DNA of 64,000 nt. It comes from Mytilus californianus (Eukaryota). Of this stretch, positions 63,734 through 64,000 are shown in pieces. Each line of letters starts with the position of its first letter. Position 1 is the first letter of the stretch. The stretch is taken from NCBI RefSeq assembly GCF_021869535.1, contig NW_026262668.1:109678001-109742000 (forward strand), in the 5' to 3' direction. The notes below the pieces were generated by a model. It saw nothing but the letters and a program-made list of their open reading frames with translations, was not told where the DNA came from and ran no database searches. Position numbers and translations under genes: made by a program.

Positions 63734-64000
63734 AGATCTAAAATAAATTGATATTCAGTTTTGAGTATACAGGAATTTTACAACCAAATTCATTTGGCAT
63801 GCCTGAGCTCTTAACCTGATTATGAAAACGCACAAGATTTTCAATACCATGTTCACCAAAAATATGTTTTAAACATGTTGAACCCTCACATATATTGCAA
63901 CATTCTAGTGCACAAACATTCTCAATGTTACTGCCATGTAGTCATAACTCATGATGAGGACACGATGGATCTAACTCGGCATGGGGCAATTGCTTGTTAT

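Larger units (their letters stand above)
59812..64000 (-). mobile_element. Ngaro-type tyrosine-recombinase retrotransposon (RT-RH, YR, SGNH hydrolase, split direct repeats); 5' part lies beyond the window
   Basis: RT-RH at 62180-63733, YR at 61237-62200, hydrolase at 60700-61206, and a duplicated ~175-bp repeat at the 3' end. Confidence 0.85.

Overview
AT-rich animal nuclear DNA with no sign of prokaryotic genes. The repeat and transposon repertoire looks bivalve-like (Mytilus-like); that assignment is my inference. Host genes are sparse: the last two exons of an alpha-aspartyl dipeptidase (12-928) and two probable exons of a secreted protein (27612-29137). The rest is nested mobile elements: a PHD-ORF1 LINE, a Gmr1-type (PR-IN-RT) Gypsy, a complete two-gene spliced PIF/Harbinger transposon, a Ngaro-type tyrosine-recombinase retroelement with an SGNH hydrolase, Tx1/CR1-like fragments, several MITEs, and decayed hammerhead-ribozyme (retrozyme-like) repeats. 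The best signal is a near-full-length Naiad-type Penelope-like retroelement (51295-54187, N-terminal GIY-YIG then RT). All five of its in-frame TGA codons fall on cysteine-motif positions, and a textbook type II SECIS lies about 140 nt after the stop, so it appears to be a selenoprotein-encoding retrotransposon. A second, 5'-truncated copy of a different family (44484-45556) carries a SECIS of unrelated sequence but the same fold. Everything was read by eye; no searches were run.
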